In this document: piece by piece, positions 1 to 12,487 of the stretch
How positions within the stretch are numbered: position 1 is the first letter of the stretch
Layout: every line of letters begins with the position of its first letter
Assembly (NCBI GenBank): GCA_010015585.1
Contig: ML975149.1
From: Eremomyces bilateralis CBS 781.70
Lineage: Eukaryota
Strand: one strand, 5' to 3'
Length of the DNA: 64,000 nt
Notes under the pieces: generated by a model
The model's input: only the letters and a program-made list of their open reading frames with translations
Told to the model about the DNA's origin: nothing
The model's database searches: none
Position numbers and translations under genes: made by a program

Positions 1-1276
1 AAAGACCGACAATATAGTCGAAGATTGGGATGCCCGAGGCGATTAGGAAGCTGATGATGGAGAGCCCCAATGTACAGGCCACCCAAACTCCCCAATGAAC
101 GAAGGTGCCCCTCTGTAGATGGTCTGTGTTTCGGAGAAACCGAACGAACATGTACTTCGCAGCAACGTGGACGTACAACGACGCACTGATTAAAAGTCCG
201 AACAAACCGACACCGAAAGCCACCTTTTTCAGAACAGGTCCGGCACTGCCCAGAGACGGCGACGCGACCCATTTGCCACACCACCGATATACGACCAGGC
301 TAAAAGCCAGGTATGAGGATGCGATGAAGCTCATACATACCGCCAAAGCCTTGTTGAAGTCCTTAGGCCGCTTCATTTCCGAAACGACCGGAAGGAAAGC
401 CGGTGCCGCTGCGCTGGTGCTGAAGATCGTAGCCGCTGCGGTGATGCCGGCAGCGAAGGTAGGATGTGCGACGGTGTAGTACCCTAACTCAAAGTCTCCC
501 GTCTCTGGTGCAGCTGCAGGGCGGTCCAGAGTCGTCACTCCAACACTATTGATTCGTTAGGACCAGTGGTCATCTCTCCATATTGCTTGAGCCGTTCACT
601 TACACAACGATGAAGATCGCAATGAATATAGAGATGAATCCGGCCCAGGTAAGCCATGCAAACTTCTCGAACTTGCGCACACTCGCAAAGGCTGCGATAG
701 CAATTGTAGCAACGACTGAAAAGTAGTTGGTACAGATGGCATGGTTCGAAAGTGCGTTGAGTGCGACGGACACACCCAAGACTCCGGTGGAAGCGGAGAT
801 AACGAACGACAGGAGGAAGATAGCCCCGATGATCTCTCTGAAAACTTTACCGCCGATGAGCTGAGCCATGTCTGCAACGCTGTGGCATCCAGGATGACTG
901 TTTCTAAACCGACCCAGCAAGAATCCACTGTAGGAATTCAATGACACAAATCCTAGGATACAAATGGCACCGGGAGCTGCACCGAGAGTGTACAGGGCAG
1001 CCGGAATGCTCAAGACACCAGTTGCGAAGATTACTGCGAGAAGACGTTAGCACCTATTTCCTTGTAGCGGCAGCATAGGAATCCACTCGACGTCTATCAC
1101 TCACGCTTTATAAATATCATTGCTGTGTGAATCCATGAGACCGTCCGAAAATCGACGACTCCCTCGACCTTCTTGAACACTTCGAAATTGTCTGTAGAGG
1201 CCTCATCTTTGTCGACTCCCTCACGACTTTCCATCATATCAGGCCTCATAACGATGGAATGCTTCTCATCTGACAT
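1..1276 (-). CDS. Neutral amino-acid permease (Aa_trans / Mtr-like); 3' end runs off the window; at least 2 introns
   Basis: ATG at 1276 (MSDEKH...VDFRTVSWIHTAMIF), then exon with SIPAALYTLGAAPG...FRNSHPGCHSVADMA...LNALSNHAICT and many hydrophobic helices, typical of fungal Mtr-type permeases. Confidence 0.85.
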
Positions 1277-2030
1277 ATTGGTAGGAAACAGATGGAAATA
1301 CAAGTAGCAATACTGATAAACGAACCGCTCAGGGCAAGTGGGCCCACCCCATGCGCTTTATACTTCTGGGCCTAATTAACCAGACTAGATGCATGTTGCT
1401 GGGAGGCGCTGTGCCTGGTCGATCCCGATTCCGAGGATAGAGTATTCGAGGGTGGGTGGAGTTTGGAGGCGCTTGGAGGCTCCCTTGGGCCAATTTGGGG
1501 TATGTTGGAGTCGGTTGCTCGGTTTGGAGTAGGTCTGGGGTAGGTCAAGGGTATGATACCGGCAGGAGGGCTCTCTATATTACCGAGCACCGTGATCGCG
1601 GAAATGCGGAGTCCCCACACTCTATGTTCAATCTCGGCGCAAGCGCACCGTTTAGCGCGGACATACTGACAAGTGAGAACTGAGTACTCCGTACTGAACC
1701 CCGTAACTTCGGGGTCCCCACACTCTGTTGACGCAAGCGCGGACATAGATGTACTATGTACGGGGGTCCAAGGTCAGGCCTGGGCTATCTTAGCAGCACT
1801 GACTGGCGCTCACTAATTACCATAGTATGCGAACAACACATCTAGAATACCATATGCCAAACTCCACTCCTGTTGCACCCATACTGCAGCACCGCTACCA
1901 ATGTGACTAGACGCAGATTGAGTCCGGGAGAGGTTCAGCACCAAGATGTACAAATTACAATATGCATATGCCTATGCAATGCTATTTCGAGATCTCGTGA
2001 TAAAGTTCATACTTACAACCGCCTCTCTCT

Positions 2031-3089
2031 TTACTTCTTTGCAAGCATTGCACCAGGAGCAGCGGGCATAAGCGCTCCCGGCGGAGGAGGATTCCGCTTC
2101 TTGAATTCGTCCGACATCTGCTCCATGGTGACAAACTCGACACCCTCGTGTTTCTTGAAGTGCTCAATGAGTCTGTTATTGCGATGGAGATGTCAGATTG
2201 CACGAATATTTTGTTGGGTTCTCTGCTACTGAAAGAATCACGTACCTCTCATGCATAGCGATGACGTGGGGCCGACCTGACACATCGGGGTGAATCGATA
2301 TTGGGAAGATGAATTCATCGTACTCGCGGTAGAAATAGTCAAAGTGATCTCGCCAAATATCTTCGACGTCTCGAGCATTGACGAAGCCGTGGCTGTTGGG
2401 CGAGGCTTTGATGAACATCATTGGGGGCAGATCATCGATGTACCAGTTCCCAGGAATCTCGACTAGGCCAGTCTCCTGCCCTTTAACCAGCGGCTTCATC
2501 CATTCCTCGGCCTTCTTGGAATAGTCAATCTTAGTCCAAGTGTCTCCAGTGCGAAGATAATATGCCTGGCAGTCATGATGGCTCAAGCTATGATCGTACT
2601 CGATGCCATATGAGAGTAGTAGCTCCGCTCCCTCTTTGCTTGTTTCCCACCTAAAGAAGTCTGGTCAGTGGCTGCGTGTACGGCAGGGGACCGGGACAAG
2701 ACGCACCACGGCGCTACGCTTCCTCGGGGAGGCTTTCCGGCAAACTCCGTCAGCATTCGATATGTCTTATCCAGCACTGTTCTCTGCTGTTCGATGGTCA
2801 TGTCCTGGGGGTTCTCATGGCTATATCCATGGAGTCCAATCTCATGGCCGGCGTCTCGAACCGCAGCCATCTCCTCCGGAAAAGTCTCCAAACTGTGCCC
2901 AGGTATGAACCACGTAGTCAGAATGTTATACTTGGCAAACATCCTAAGCAGACGCTCGGTGCCCACCGTCCCGGCAAAGATTCCTCGACTTATGTCGTTT
3001 GTGCTGTCCTCTCCGCCGTACGAGCCCAGCCATCCCGCCACCGCATCAACATCGACACCGTAAGAAATGAGAACTCGCTTCTTGCCCAT
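2031..3089 (-). CDS. Polysaccharide deacetylase family (CE4, HpPgdA/PuuE-like), predicted cytosolic; 2 introns
   Basis: [28 protein letters not shown]...[11 protein letters not shown]...RGSVAPWWE...WYIDDLPP...IHPDVSGRP metal-binding motifs; no signal peptide; TAA at 2031-2033. Confidence 0.9.
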
Positions 3090-4142
3090 TGCAATTTTCT
3101 GGTTCAATACAGCTGAGACAATAAATTCTGAGGAAGAAGACTTAAAGCAATCGGTATTCAGACCGGCCCAAACGGCAGATCAGGGGAGCTGTAGATATAT
3201 TTGCGACGCCGAACACTCCACGGAGGCCCCGCAGCAGCTGGAGATAGCAGATCCCTCCACCTCGTCATTGGTATGGCACTACTAGCAGGTCAGCAGGTGA
3301 TGGTCGATTCGCATCGGCCCGAATAATGAGTGCAGGACAATCAGATCTCCTGTCACTTGTTAGTTATCACTTATTAGTCAGGCCAGTGGCCTTACACGTG
3401 GTTAGGCTTATTATCCCCTACCCCAATGCGACTCCAACTCCTCGTAAGGTCCCCGCGTTACCCTTGCCGAGTACCGACACCTGTCATGGCAGTTTGATCG
3501 ATCCCTGTCCGCGAAAGGGGCCGCGCTTGTCTGCATGATTGGGTGCCTGGGTGGAGTGGCAGGGACTGAAGTTTGGCGCGAAACCATGAACGTCCCCTGT
3601 CTCCTGGCCTCATTGCATTGGGGGTCCTGACTCCTGAGCTGATGAAGAGTATGCAAATTCATAATTGGTAGTTGCTCCCGAAACGTACCGGTAATAGGAA
3701 TGTAAGAATTATTATTGCACGCCGATTTGCTTGGCGCAATGTTCTAAAGGTATCTACAGCCTGAAAATACTTCTTATCTAATTGAAGTTAATAGTTGGGG
3801 TCGTTTGGAGAGGATCTTGTGGGGATCTCCAAATCTGAGGCGGCCGCTAGGTGCGGAAAGAAAGAGCGTTAACGTACCCAGTCAGCACTCAGCAGGATCT
3901 CAATTATTTTGAGATACTATTGTCTATTGAGATACTGCGGTGAGGCTAAAATAACACCATCCTATCGAACATCGTGTTGATAGCCTCTTCGAATTCCCGC
4001 AAGATCCCCTGAGTAATCATTCACCACGTTCAGCAGCAAAGCGCCGATGACTATAGAGGTCATCTTTTATTTCCAGCTCCACCATTCGTAGGCTGGAAAA
4101 TCGAGACGTCGGCCTATTGACCACGCACACATTCGACAGACC

Positions 4143-5886
4143 ATGTCAGTCTTCTTCGATTCTCCCTTAGAGTAGGTGAAGACAAGATTAAAATCTACAG
4201 AGTTTGAATGCTTACCCTACGTAGCCCTAGTCTAATAGCGATTGAAGAGCCTAAATTGCTTCTTGAATCGATTAGCATCACTGATGGCATAACTCTGGAA
4301 GAGTCTGGAGACTACCGCCAGCTGTTAGCGGGCGTTCATGATTGTGCAGAGAAGATCCTTCGACTGCCAGACTACCAATGCTCCTCCGACTCGCCAGCAT
4401 ATCCTCGAGGGAACATTCATCGTCCGACTGATGAGGAAAATGTCCTCGGACATGCCTGGGCCCACAGGTTCCACATCAGAGGCAACCCAAGCGGTGGCCC
4501 GCTGAAGGGAAAGACCGTCTGTCTGAAGGATTGCATCGCAGTCGCGGGAGTGCCGCAGTTCTTTGGAACCGACGCCTTTGCTCCATGGACTCCGAAAAGG
4601 GACGCCGCCGTTGTCACGCGGGCATTGGACGCTGGTGCAGAGGTAGTCGGCACTGCTACATGCGAGAACTTTTGCAATTCGACTTCGTCCTTCACAAGCG
4701 CGCAGGGCGTCGTAGAGAATCCCTTTGCAGAAGGCTATTCTTCTGGCGGCAGCACCTCCGGCGGCGCAGCCTTGGTCGGGGCAGGCCATGTTCACATTGC
4801 AATCGGCGCCGACCAAGGTGGGAGTATCAGAATTCCAGCGGCATTCTGTGGTTGTACGTCATGGCTGTCGATTGACGTAGAGACCTTTGGCTAACGACGA
4901 TGCCAGGTGTTGGACTAAAACCGACGCATGGCTTGGTTCCCTACACCGGCGTCACTAGCGGCGATGCGATCAATGATCATGTCGGACCGATCGCGAGGAC
5001 CGTGTTGGAAGTAGCATCATGCTTGGATGCGCTTAGTGGACAGGACAGGCTGGATGACCGTACCCTCGGAGCGCCCCCTCGCGGCTCGACCTCCTTTGCC
5101 AAGTCTCTGCGCCCTGCGTTGAGCAGCACTGCAGGCTTTAGGGTTGGGATACTGGTAGAGGGATTTGAGCACCAGCTGGTTGATCCCGCAATCAAGGACC
5201 TCGTCTTGCGCGCTGCACGCAGGTTCGAGACGCTCGGAGCGATCGTCGAGCAGGTCTCGGTACCATGTCATATGGAGGGACCGGCTGTTTGGACGATTCA
5301 GCAACGCATCTCAGGAGCCCTGAACCTTTTGGGGCTTCAGCACGGCCGAAGGGGTTTGTATCCGACAGAATTTGAAGAAGCGCGCCTCCCTTGGACCAAT
5401 GCCAGCTTCCAACGGCTGTTTCCTACAACAAAGAATACGATGATCAACGGACTGTACCTTGCGAAGAACTTCCCTGGTCTCTATCCAAAGACCCTTAACC
5501 TAGCGCAACAGCTGAAAGACTCGTATGAGAAACTTTTTGAGACGTACGATGTTGTTGTCATGCCCACGGTGCCTTGCATCGTGCCGAAGCATGTGGACTG
5601 GAGACAAGGAGAATCGCCACTGAAGGCTTTGAAGCCGAGCGTGGGCCTTACCATCAACACTGCAATCTTCAACATTACGGGACATCCGGCCATGACCATT
5701 CCCGTCGGCTTCTTGCCCGCAAAGGACGACCATACAATCCAGCTGCCTGTTGGGATGCAATTGGTGGGTGGACTGTGGCAGGAGCAAAAGATTCTTGATG
5801 CCGGCCATGCATGGCAATCCACGTTTGACTGGATGAATTTCAATGCTGAGGATGCCCCGATTCAGAGACCACCGACGAGGCTTTGA
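4143..5886 (+). CDS. Amidase signature (AS) family amidase; 2 introns (4172-4224, about 4855-4906)
   Basis: LKDCIAVAG (catalytic Lys), [37 protein letters not shown] (Ser-cisSer-Lys triad); predicted splice junctions restore the frame. Confidence 0.92.
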
Positions 5887-6454
5887 TTGCTGCCCGGTAG
5901 CATCCTGTCAACTGTCGACTGTCGAGGCTGCAACTGCGCGTGAATATTGATAGTTAGCGCGTCGCTTATGTAGCACACTCAATACTAATGAACATAGACG
6001 TGTTCTATCCCAGAATTGCTGCTAATTCGGGTCAGACTTAGGGAGGATGGTGTTGAGCTACAGTAGGCTGAATGAAGAATTGAGTGACAAGAATTGAAGA
6101 TGTTTACAGCGGTTTGTCACATGGCACTCCGGGTGTGCGGGTGGCGTTTGCGTCTTCTGCCCCCATCCTTGATCGTTCAGGCGTTAAGTAATCATTGTAT
6201 TAAGTTAACTAACTAGAATGTTTCCTCTCGTTAGGTAGTTTCCATATTCCATAGTTACTCTAAAATAACCTCTTACCTTGGCTTTTCCGCGGAACGTCAG
6301 ATGCATTATTAGTTCAACCTATTGTTTTGATACTAGAGCTGCTAGGATTTGGGGTGATTTGGCTGTCCTGTACCAGTTGCAGCACTTAATTGACAACCCG
6401 AGCACATCCAACTTCAGCGAAGTGCCTGATGCATACCTCTAGTCGAGACATGCG

Positions 6455-9086
6455 ATGATGCGAAACACTTGCAGCTACTGCCAACGTCACTTCAAGCGTG
6501 CAGAACACCTAACGAGGCATCTTAGAATACGTCAGTAAATCACCCCATGGAGACGCCACATTCACTCCAATCAACATTATTCTCTCCCATCTCTGCCAGC
6601 CCCCTGATGTGTCTCTGCAGATACCAAGGAACGACCGTTTAGATGCGGTTGTGGAGCCACCTTCTCTCGCCGTGACCTCCTTACTCGGCACTGGCGAATC
6701 TCTAAACATGGCGACGATGAAGTATCACCACCTGAATACGCCCGGCGTGGACCAGCGGTCGACTCCCCCGTCAACGACGGGCTTCCTGCAGAAGATGGGT
6801 TCCTCGCGCAGGCGCATTCCCTGGATATTCCAACTGGGGCCGTCATCGATAGTAAGCTTGATACGAGCATCGTCAGCCTGGTCGTGGCTGACTGTAGGCA
6901 TGGCAAAAAGACCATCATGATGATGGTCTCGAAGTCTTCTTGGAGTTTCTAAACTTTATGGACGGCGTGGGCCTTCCTGCCCATTGGTCTCCTACCCGTG
7001 GCCTTGATTTGGATGCCGCTGGCAGCGTTCGCGACTCCGAAGGCCCGGATGCGCTCGATGCCAATGGCATTGGTACTCCTTTTAGTACCTGGCTGCCCTC
7101 CGCTCCTGCCGAGAATGAAGCAAGCTGCGCTATTCCGTTGAGAGGTACGTTTAATAGAAACCGCTTCTCCCACGACTTTGCCCTAGGTTCTTCTTTTGCC
7201 CAGGAGACTCTGAACCTTGGACGGCAGAGGGAATGCGCCAAGACCTATGCTGAAATCTATACGGGCTAGATTCTGTCGATTCTGACACGAGCGGGCGGAC
7301 GTATGTCGTCACCGAAGCTGAGCGGAGCTTACTGTTCTTGTCTCTTGAGACTTTTCGGTCATCTATTCCGGATTTTAAGCTGCCATCTCGCCACGCCCTT
7401 ACGCGATACCTAATTTCATTCTTCGAAGGGTTCCATTCACACCTCCTATTCATTCACGAACCTACCTTCAAACCATCAGGCACGCCCCTGGAGCTCACGC
7501 TGGCCATGTGCTCAGCTGGCGCGCAGTATTGCTTTGAAAGGAGAGTTGCAGAACAACTATTTCATGCAGCAAATGCAATCGTCTTTGCGAGGTTGAGATA
7601 CGAAGAAACGAGCTTTGGGCCGCAGATTCGTTCCTTGATCCGCCTGCACAATTCATCTCTAAGAGAAGATGTGCCATCTGCACGACGTGGCGACCCGTGG
7701 GCTCCGCTTGACACCATCAAGACTCTACTAATCTTGGTTGGATACGCGACCTGGGAAGTCGTCGGCTTGCTCCAGCAATCATTTGCCCTTCGACAGTTGC
7801 TCGTTCATTGCCTTCGCGACATTGGTCTTGCGGAGGAGAGTCACCAGCCCACGAGCCCTGGCTCAAACGGTTTAACATGGGAACAGTGGATAGAGAAAGA
7901 ATCTGCGCGACGCTCTAAGCTGATTGCATTCTGCTACGTAAACGTGCATAGCATAGCTTACGATGTTCACCCAATGCTCTGGTGTAGCGAGCTGCACTTG
8001 CGACTGCCATGCTCTACCGACCGATGGCAAGCTCGAAGTGCCTCTCAATGGGCGAATCTCGAGCGTCAAGATGATAAGGACCAGATGCTCTTTCAGGAAG
8101 CCTTATCGCTCCTGTTGTACAGCACGGATGAAGCGATTACGATACAGCCGAATCCAAGTCCCCTTGGGAACTACGTTTTGCTGCATGCGCTCTTGCAGCG
8201 AATCCACATTGTTCGCGAGCTGTCACTCCACGCTAGCTGTGGGGCGGCAACCATGCCTGCTCCTGAGCTTCAGATTATTGGGTGAGTTAATAAACATGCC
8301 CCCAGCAGATTATGAGCCTATGAAGGCTAATGGGTTAAGACGCGGCCTGCGCTGCTGGACTTTAATGTGGCAACAAGCTCCAGAATCGGGATTAAACCCA
8401 AACAACAAGAGCGGCCCTGTGCCATTCACATCCAGTGCGCTCCTTGGAATCGCCTACGTCCGGTTGGCGCTGAATATTGGGCCGTTCCGTCACCTCGAAC
8501 TTCGCGATCCGAGTTCAATTGCCCTGGGATTAACTCGACTACCCAACATCGAGCGCAACGATAGCCTATTCTCCGCCCTGCTTTATTCCACTCACGCTCT
8601 CAGTGTCCCTGTAAGACTAGGTATAGATCGAGTAGCGCGAAGCCAGGCATTCTTCTGGAGCGTGCAACACGCTCTCTCGGGGTTTGAATGCGCAGTCTTT
8701 CTCGCCAAGTGGCTTTGTTCCTTGCACACTCCCTCTCAAAACCACACCGCAATCCGTAAGTCACACTGGCACCTTGTCGGCGATTCTACATCTGAAAGGC
8801 ACAATGCCTAACTACAACATGGTTTGCAGTATTCGAGGATCGAATTTTACTCTGGATCCGCCGCATTGTGGAAGAAGCTTACGCCGTGGTCGACTTTGAC
8901 GAACCCGACCTTGAAGTGCCGACTGATCCCTTCTCTCTCGGGCTTGTTGTCCTGATGATCTGGTCTCGATTCTTTCAAGGCAACACTCAGTGGCCATTCA
9001 TTGTGATCCTCGGAAAGAGTCTGCAAAAACATGGCGAATCTCTTCAAGAGCGGAGACAGTTTGAGGGTCAAAGCCTTCTTCAATGA
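6455..9086 (+). CDS. C2H2 zinc-finger (Adr1/AmdX-like) + fungal-specific transcription factor domain protein; multi-intron
   Basis: MMRNTCSYCQRHFKRAEHLTRHLRI/HTKERPFRCGCGATFSRRDLLTRH across the 6532-6620 intron; Fungal_trans domain FFEGFHSHLLFIHEPTF...WIEKESARRSKL...LRLPC. Confidence 0.88.
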
Positions 9087-9435
9087 CTTTTCTGACCCAC
9101 CCGCTGAAGGAAGTCCCATAGATTTACTCCGGCCTACAAACACGCCTAGTCACTCTCACATCCGATCCAACAGCACCACTCCGCTCTCTGCCCTCTCGCA
9201 CAACGCCTAAAATTATGTGGTCCGCAGAAAAACCGCATATCCTTGTGGAACGCCAGAAGAATAAAACCGCCAACGTGCATCTGAAGCCGCGCCTCATATC
9301 CATAGATATCAAGCCCCACTAGGCAGGGCGCATATAATCACCTCTCACATACGATAGAATACGAAGATACGCAATGCCGATTCAAGCTTCTGTTTCGGAT
9401 ATCGAAGAGAAGAAGATGTTAATTTCTCGACGCTT

Positions 9436-10455
9436 CTACGTGACGTGCAAACCTCCGGTAATGAGCATCTCACTACCAGTCATGTACGCACTGGCGTCGC
9501 TTAGCAGGTAAACCGCAGCCCCTTTCAAGTCGGTACGGTCCCCCATCCGCTTCATGGCTGGTGCGTTTACAAATACCTCGCCTACATCCTTCCTTTGCTC
9601 AAGAAGGGCCATACTCATATCCGTCAAGATGTATCTACTGACGATTAGCGACTATGGGTCAACGGTTATACCGGAAAGAGGACTTGCCCTGGGGAGATAC
9701 TATTCACCCTTACACCCATACTTGCCAGCTCAGACCCCAGCTGATGCGTCAGACCGAGGACAGCCCCCTTGCTCGAAGAATAATCGCTCGTCAGCTGGAG
9801 TTTGGGGGCTTCATGTGCCGAGACAGAGGCAATATGGACAACCGATCCAGCGCCTGACGTTAGAGCCGAACTTCGCCTCCCCTGCTTCACCATCTGCCTC
9901 ACAGCCAACTGAGTTGCAAAGTAGGTGCCGAAGACATTGATCTTGAAGGTGCGCTCCACGTCTCTCGGATCTCGATCCAAGAAGGCCTGGTCGGGGCATA
10001 CGCCTGCCGCTGTGATCCTGAAAGCATGGTCAGCTTACTGTTTTCGTGAGACCTAAGATCCCATACAGGCCGTCTATTCGTCCAAAATCCTTGACAATCT
10101 TATCAAAGGTTGCCTGCAGTTTCTCATAATCGGTCACATCTGCTCTGAAAAAGGCAGACAGGTTAGCATGACCTCGGGGACCATAGCTTACTGGCCTTTT
10201 TGAGACGTACTGATAGAACTCAGCCTTGCATATTTCTTGCAGTTTCTTGTAATGCTCGTGGGGTTGCGGCGCCGCATCGAGGATCGCAACCGATCCCCCA
10301 GCTTCTGCAACGGCAAACCCAAGAGCTAGGCCAATTCCCCGAGCACCGCCCGTGATTACGACAACACGGTCTTTCAGAGAGAAGAGGTCGAAAACAGGGT
10401 TGTGGAGATATGAATCTGGGTTTGTTGGAACAGTAGTTTCAGATTTGGCCGCCAT
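9436..10455 (-). CDS. Short-chain dehydrogenase/reductase (polyol/sugar reductase-like); 3 introns
   Basis: [32 protein letters not shown] catalytic motif, [21 protein letters not shown]. Confidence 0.9.
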
Positions 10456-11109
10456 TTCGATCGCCTGTGACTTGCGGATGAGACCCCCGTTTCCTTGAGA
10501 GATGACACTACTTGAGAGAGAGGAAGGCCGCGATGGCTAATTTAATGACACCGGAAATGGTGTGGGAAAACTGCACGAAGAACCTCCCAAAACAGATTAA
10601 AACAAGTGCAACCACCAACAAGTCCTTAGCTTATATACAGCCCATCTTCCGCCGCTTTTCGCTAATATACGGCCTACCCCAGCAAATGCCCCAGTCATTG
10701 GTACACCAGACACGACCAAAATTACCCCAAAAGGGATTCACGTGTACATGATGATTGGGGAATAGGGAAGCAGAAGTGTGGGGGGACTGAGGAGGTACGT
10801 AGCTGGTCCAGCGCAGCAGCGGGTATGTTGCGGGGTCGATGCGGGGCTGCCCCCGAACAGAAGGCCTGAACGGAGGCCCCTCCTGAACCCTGATGCCCCG
10901 CCTCTGAAGTATGAACGGGAGCCCCTCTTGGGGTCCTGGTGCAGGAGACTGGGATGAGTCGCTGGGCCTGATGTCCGGGCTTGCAGCGCTGCTTGATGCA
11001 GATGCTTCGGTCGTGTTTAAATTCAATCTGGGACAGGAAAACAATAAGTGGCCTGGTCGAATATGTTCTAGAAACAAGCCAGAAGACTCAAATATTGACG
11101 TTGGCAAGC

Positions 11110-12105
11110 ATGGAGCCACAATCATCGGTCCTCAAGAAGTTCTCGCTCCATAACAGATCTATTGTCATTACGGGTGCTGGCCGAGGGTTGGGCTTGAGTT
11201 TCGCGAGGGCATTGGCAGAACTCGGTGCGAATATCATAGCTATTGATGTTCATGATAAACCAGATGAAGAGTTCCACGATCTCTTGAGTTATGGGGTGAA
11301 AACAGTATATTACAAGTGAGTTCGGTGCGGTTTGCTACCAGTGTTTCGCGACTTGTCCTTACCATGTCTAGGTGCGATGTTCGAGACCCTGCAACGCTGA
11401 AGGCGACCATCGGAGAGGCAGCAAATAAATTCGGATCCATCAATGGCTGGTATATCGCACACCCCATAGTCGTCTCCAAACATAATCTGAGTGACAAAGC
11501 ATCGCAGCAGCAGCTATTATGACAGACAAACCATTCATGGAACACACCGTAGACGACATGAACGCTTCGTTCGCCGTCAATGTAAGTCCTCCTTTCAGCA
11601 ATGAGATGATCTTTCTTATTGACTAGTGGGCAGGTGAACGGAATGCTCTCGACGGTACAAATCTGCGCCGAACATATGATTAAGCAAAAATCTGGAGGCA
11701 CCGTCATCTGTATATCCTCGACGGCAGGACACAAGGCGGTATTTCCTCAAACTGCGACAGCATACGTCTGCTCCAAACATGCGGTTCTTGGTTTGGTTCG
11801 ACAGGCTGCTGCAGAGCTGGCACAGCATAACATTCGCGTGAACAGTATCAGCCCTGGGTACGCTGCATCCATCTCCGGGGAAACTTCAGCGCTAACACTG
11901 AAGTAGGCCATTTTTAACGAAGATGTTGCGATCAGTGATAGCGGGCGACCCTGCGCTAGAGGAGTATTTCTCCGAGGGCAATGCAATGAAACGACTGGCG
12001 GTGCCAGAGGAGCTGGACGGAGCAGTCGGGTACTTGATGAGCGATGCTAGCAGTTTTGTGACGGGCAATAATTTCAATATCGATGGCGGATCTGGCTGCC
12101 ATTGA
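11110..12105 (+). CDS. Short-chain dehydrogenase/reductase (sorbose/xylulose reductase-like); about 4 introns
   Basis: [46 protein letters not shown]. Confidence 0.9.
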
Positions 12106-12487
12106 GAGCTGAATACTATTGTTCGCCATAACCGCTCTGGAAAACGTTCAGTTGGAGTTTTATGTCCTAATCAGTCTCCAAATTCCAATCGATCCCCCGC
12201 TAATTACCCGCATGCGGCTTTGTCATGTGCTGTGTCTACTGTATATTAGCAATGTCTGACTTGAGGAGAAACACTAACGGTGGGTGGTAGTTAGCCTTGA
12301 TTACTTTGGGCCAATTGACTTCTACGTATCCAGGTGATTGCTGAAATTGCCTCTCCCGCAGACGTAATTAATGTGCTCCATCGAATAGACAACACAACTC
12401 GGTGCTACAAATACCAGCTCACGGAATGACTGAGAGACAAACTCTCGCCGTAGAAGGGTATACTCCAACTCTAAAAGAATTCCTTCC

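Noticed and set aside
5875..5886. Amidase C-terminal -TRL as a peroxisomal PTS1
   Set aside because: Thr at -3 is non-canonical; cannot be supported without a predictor
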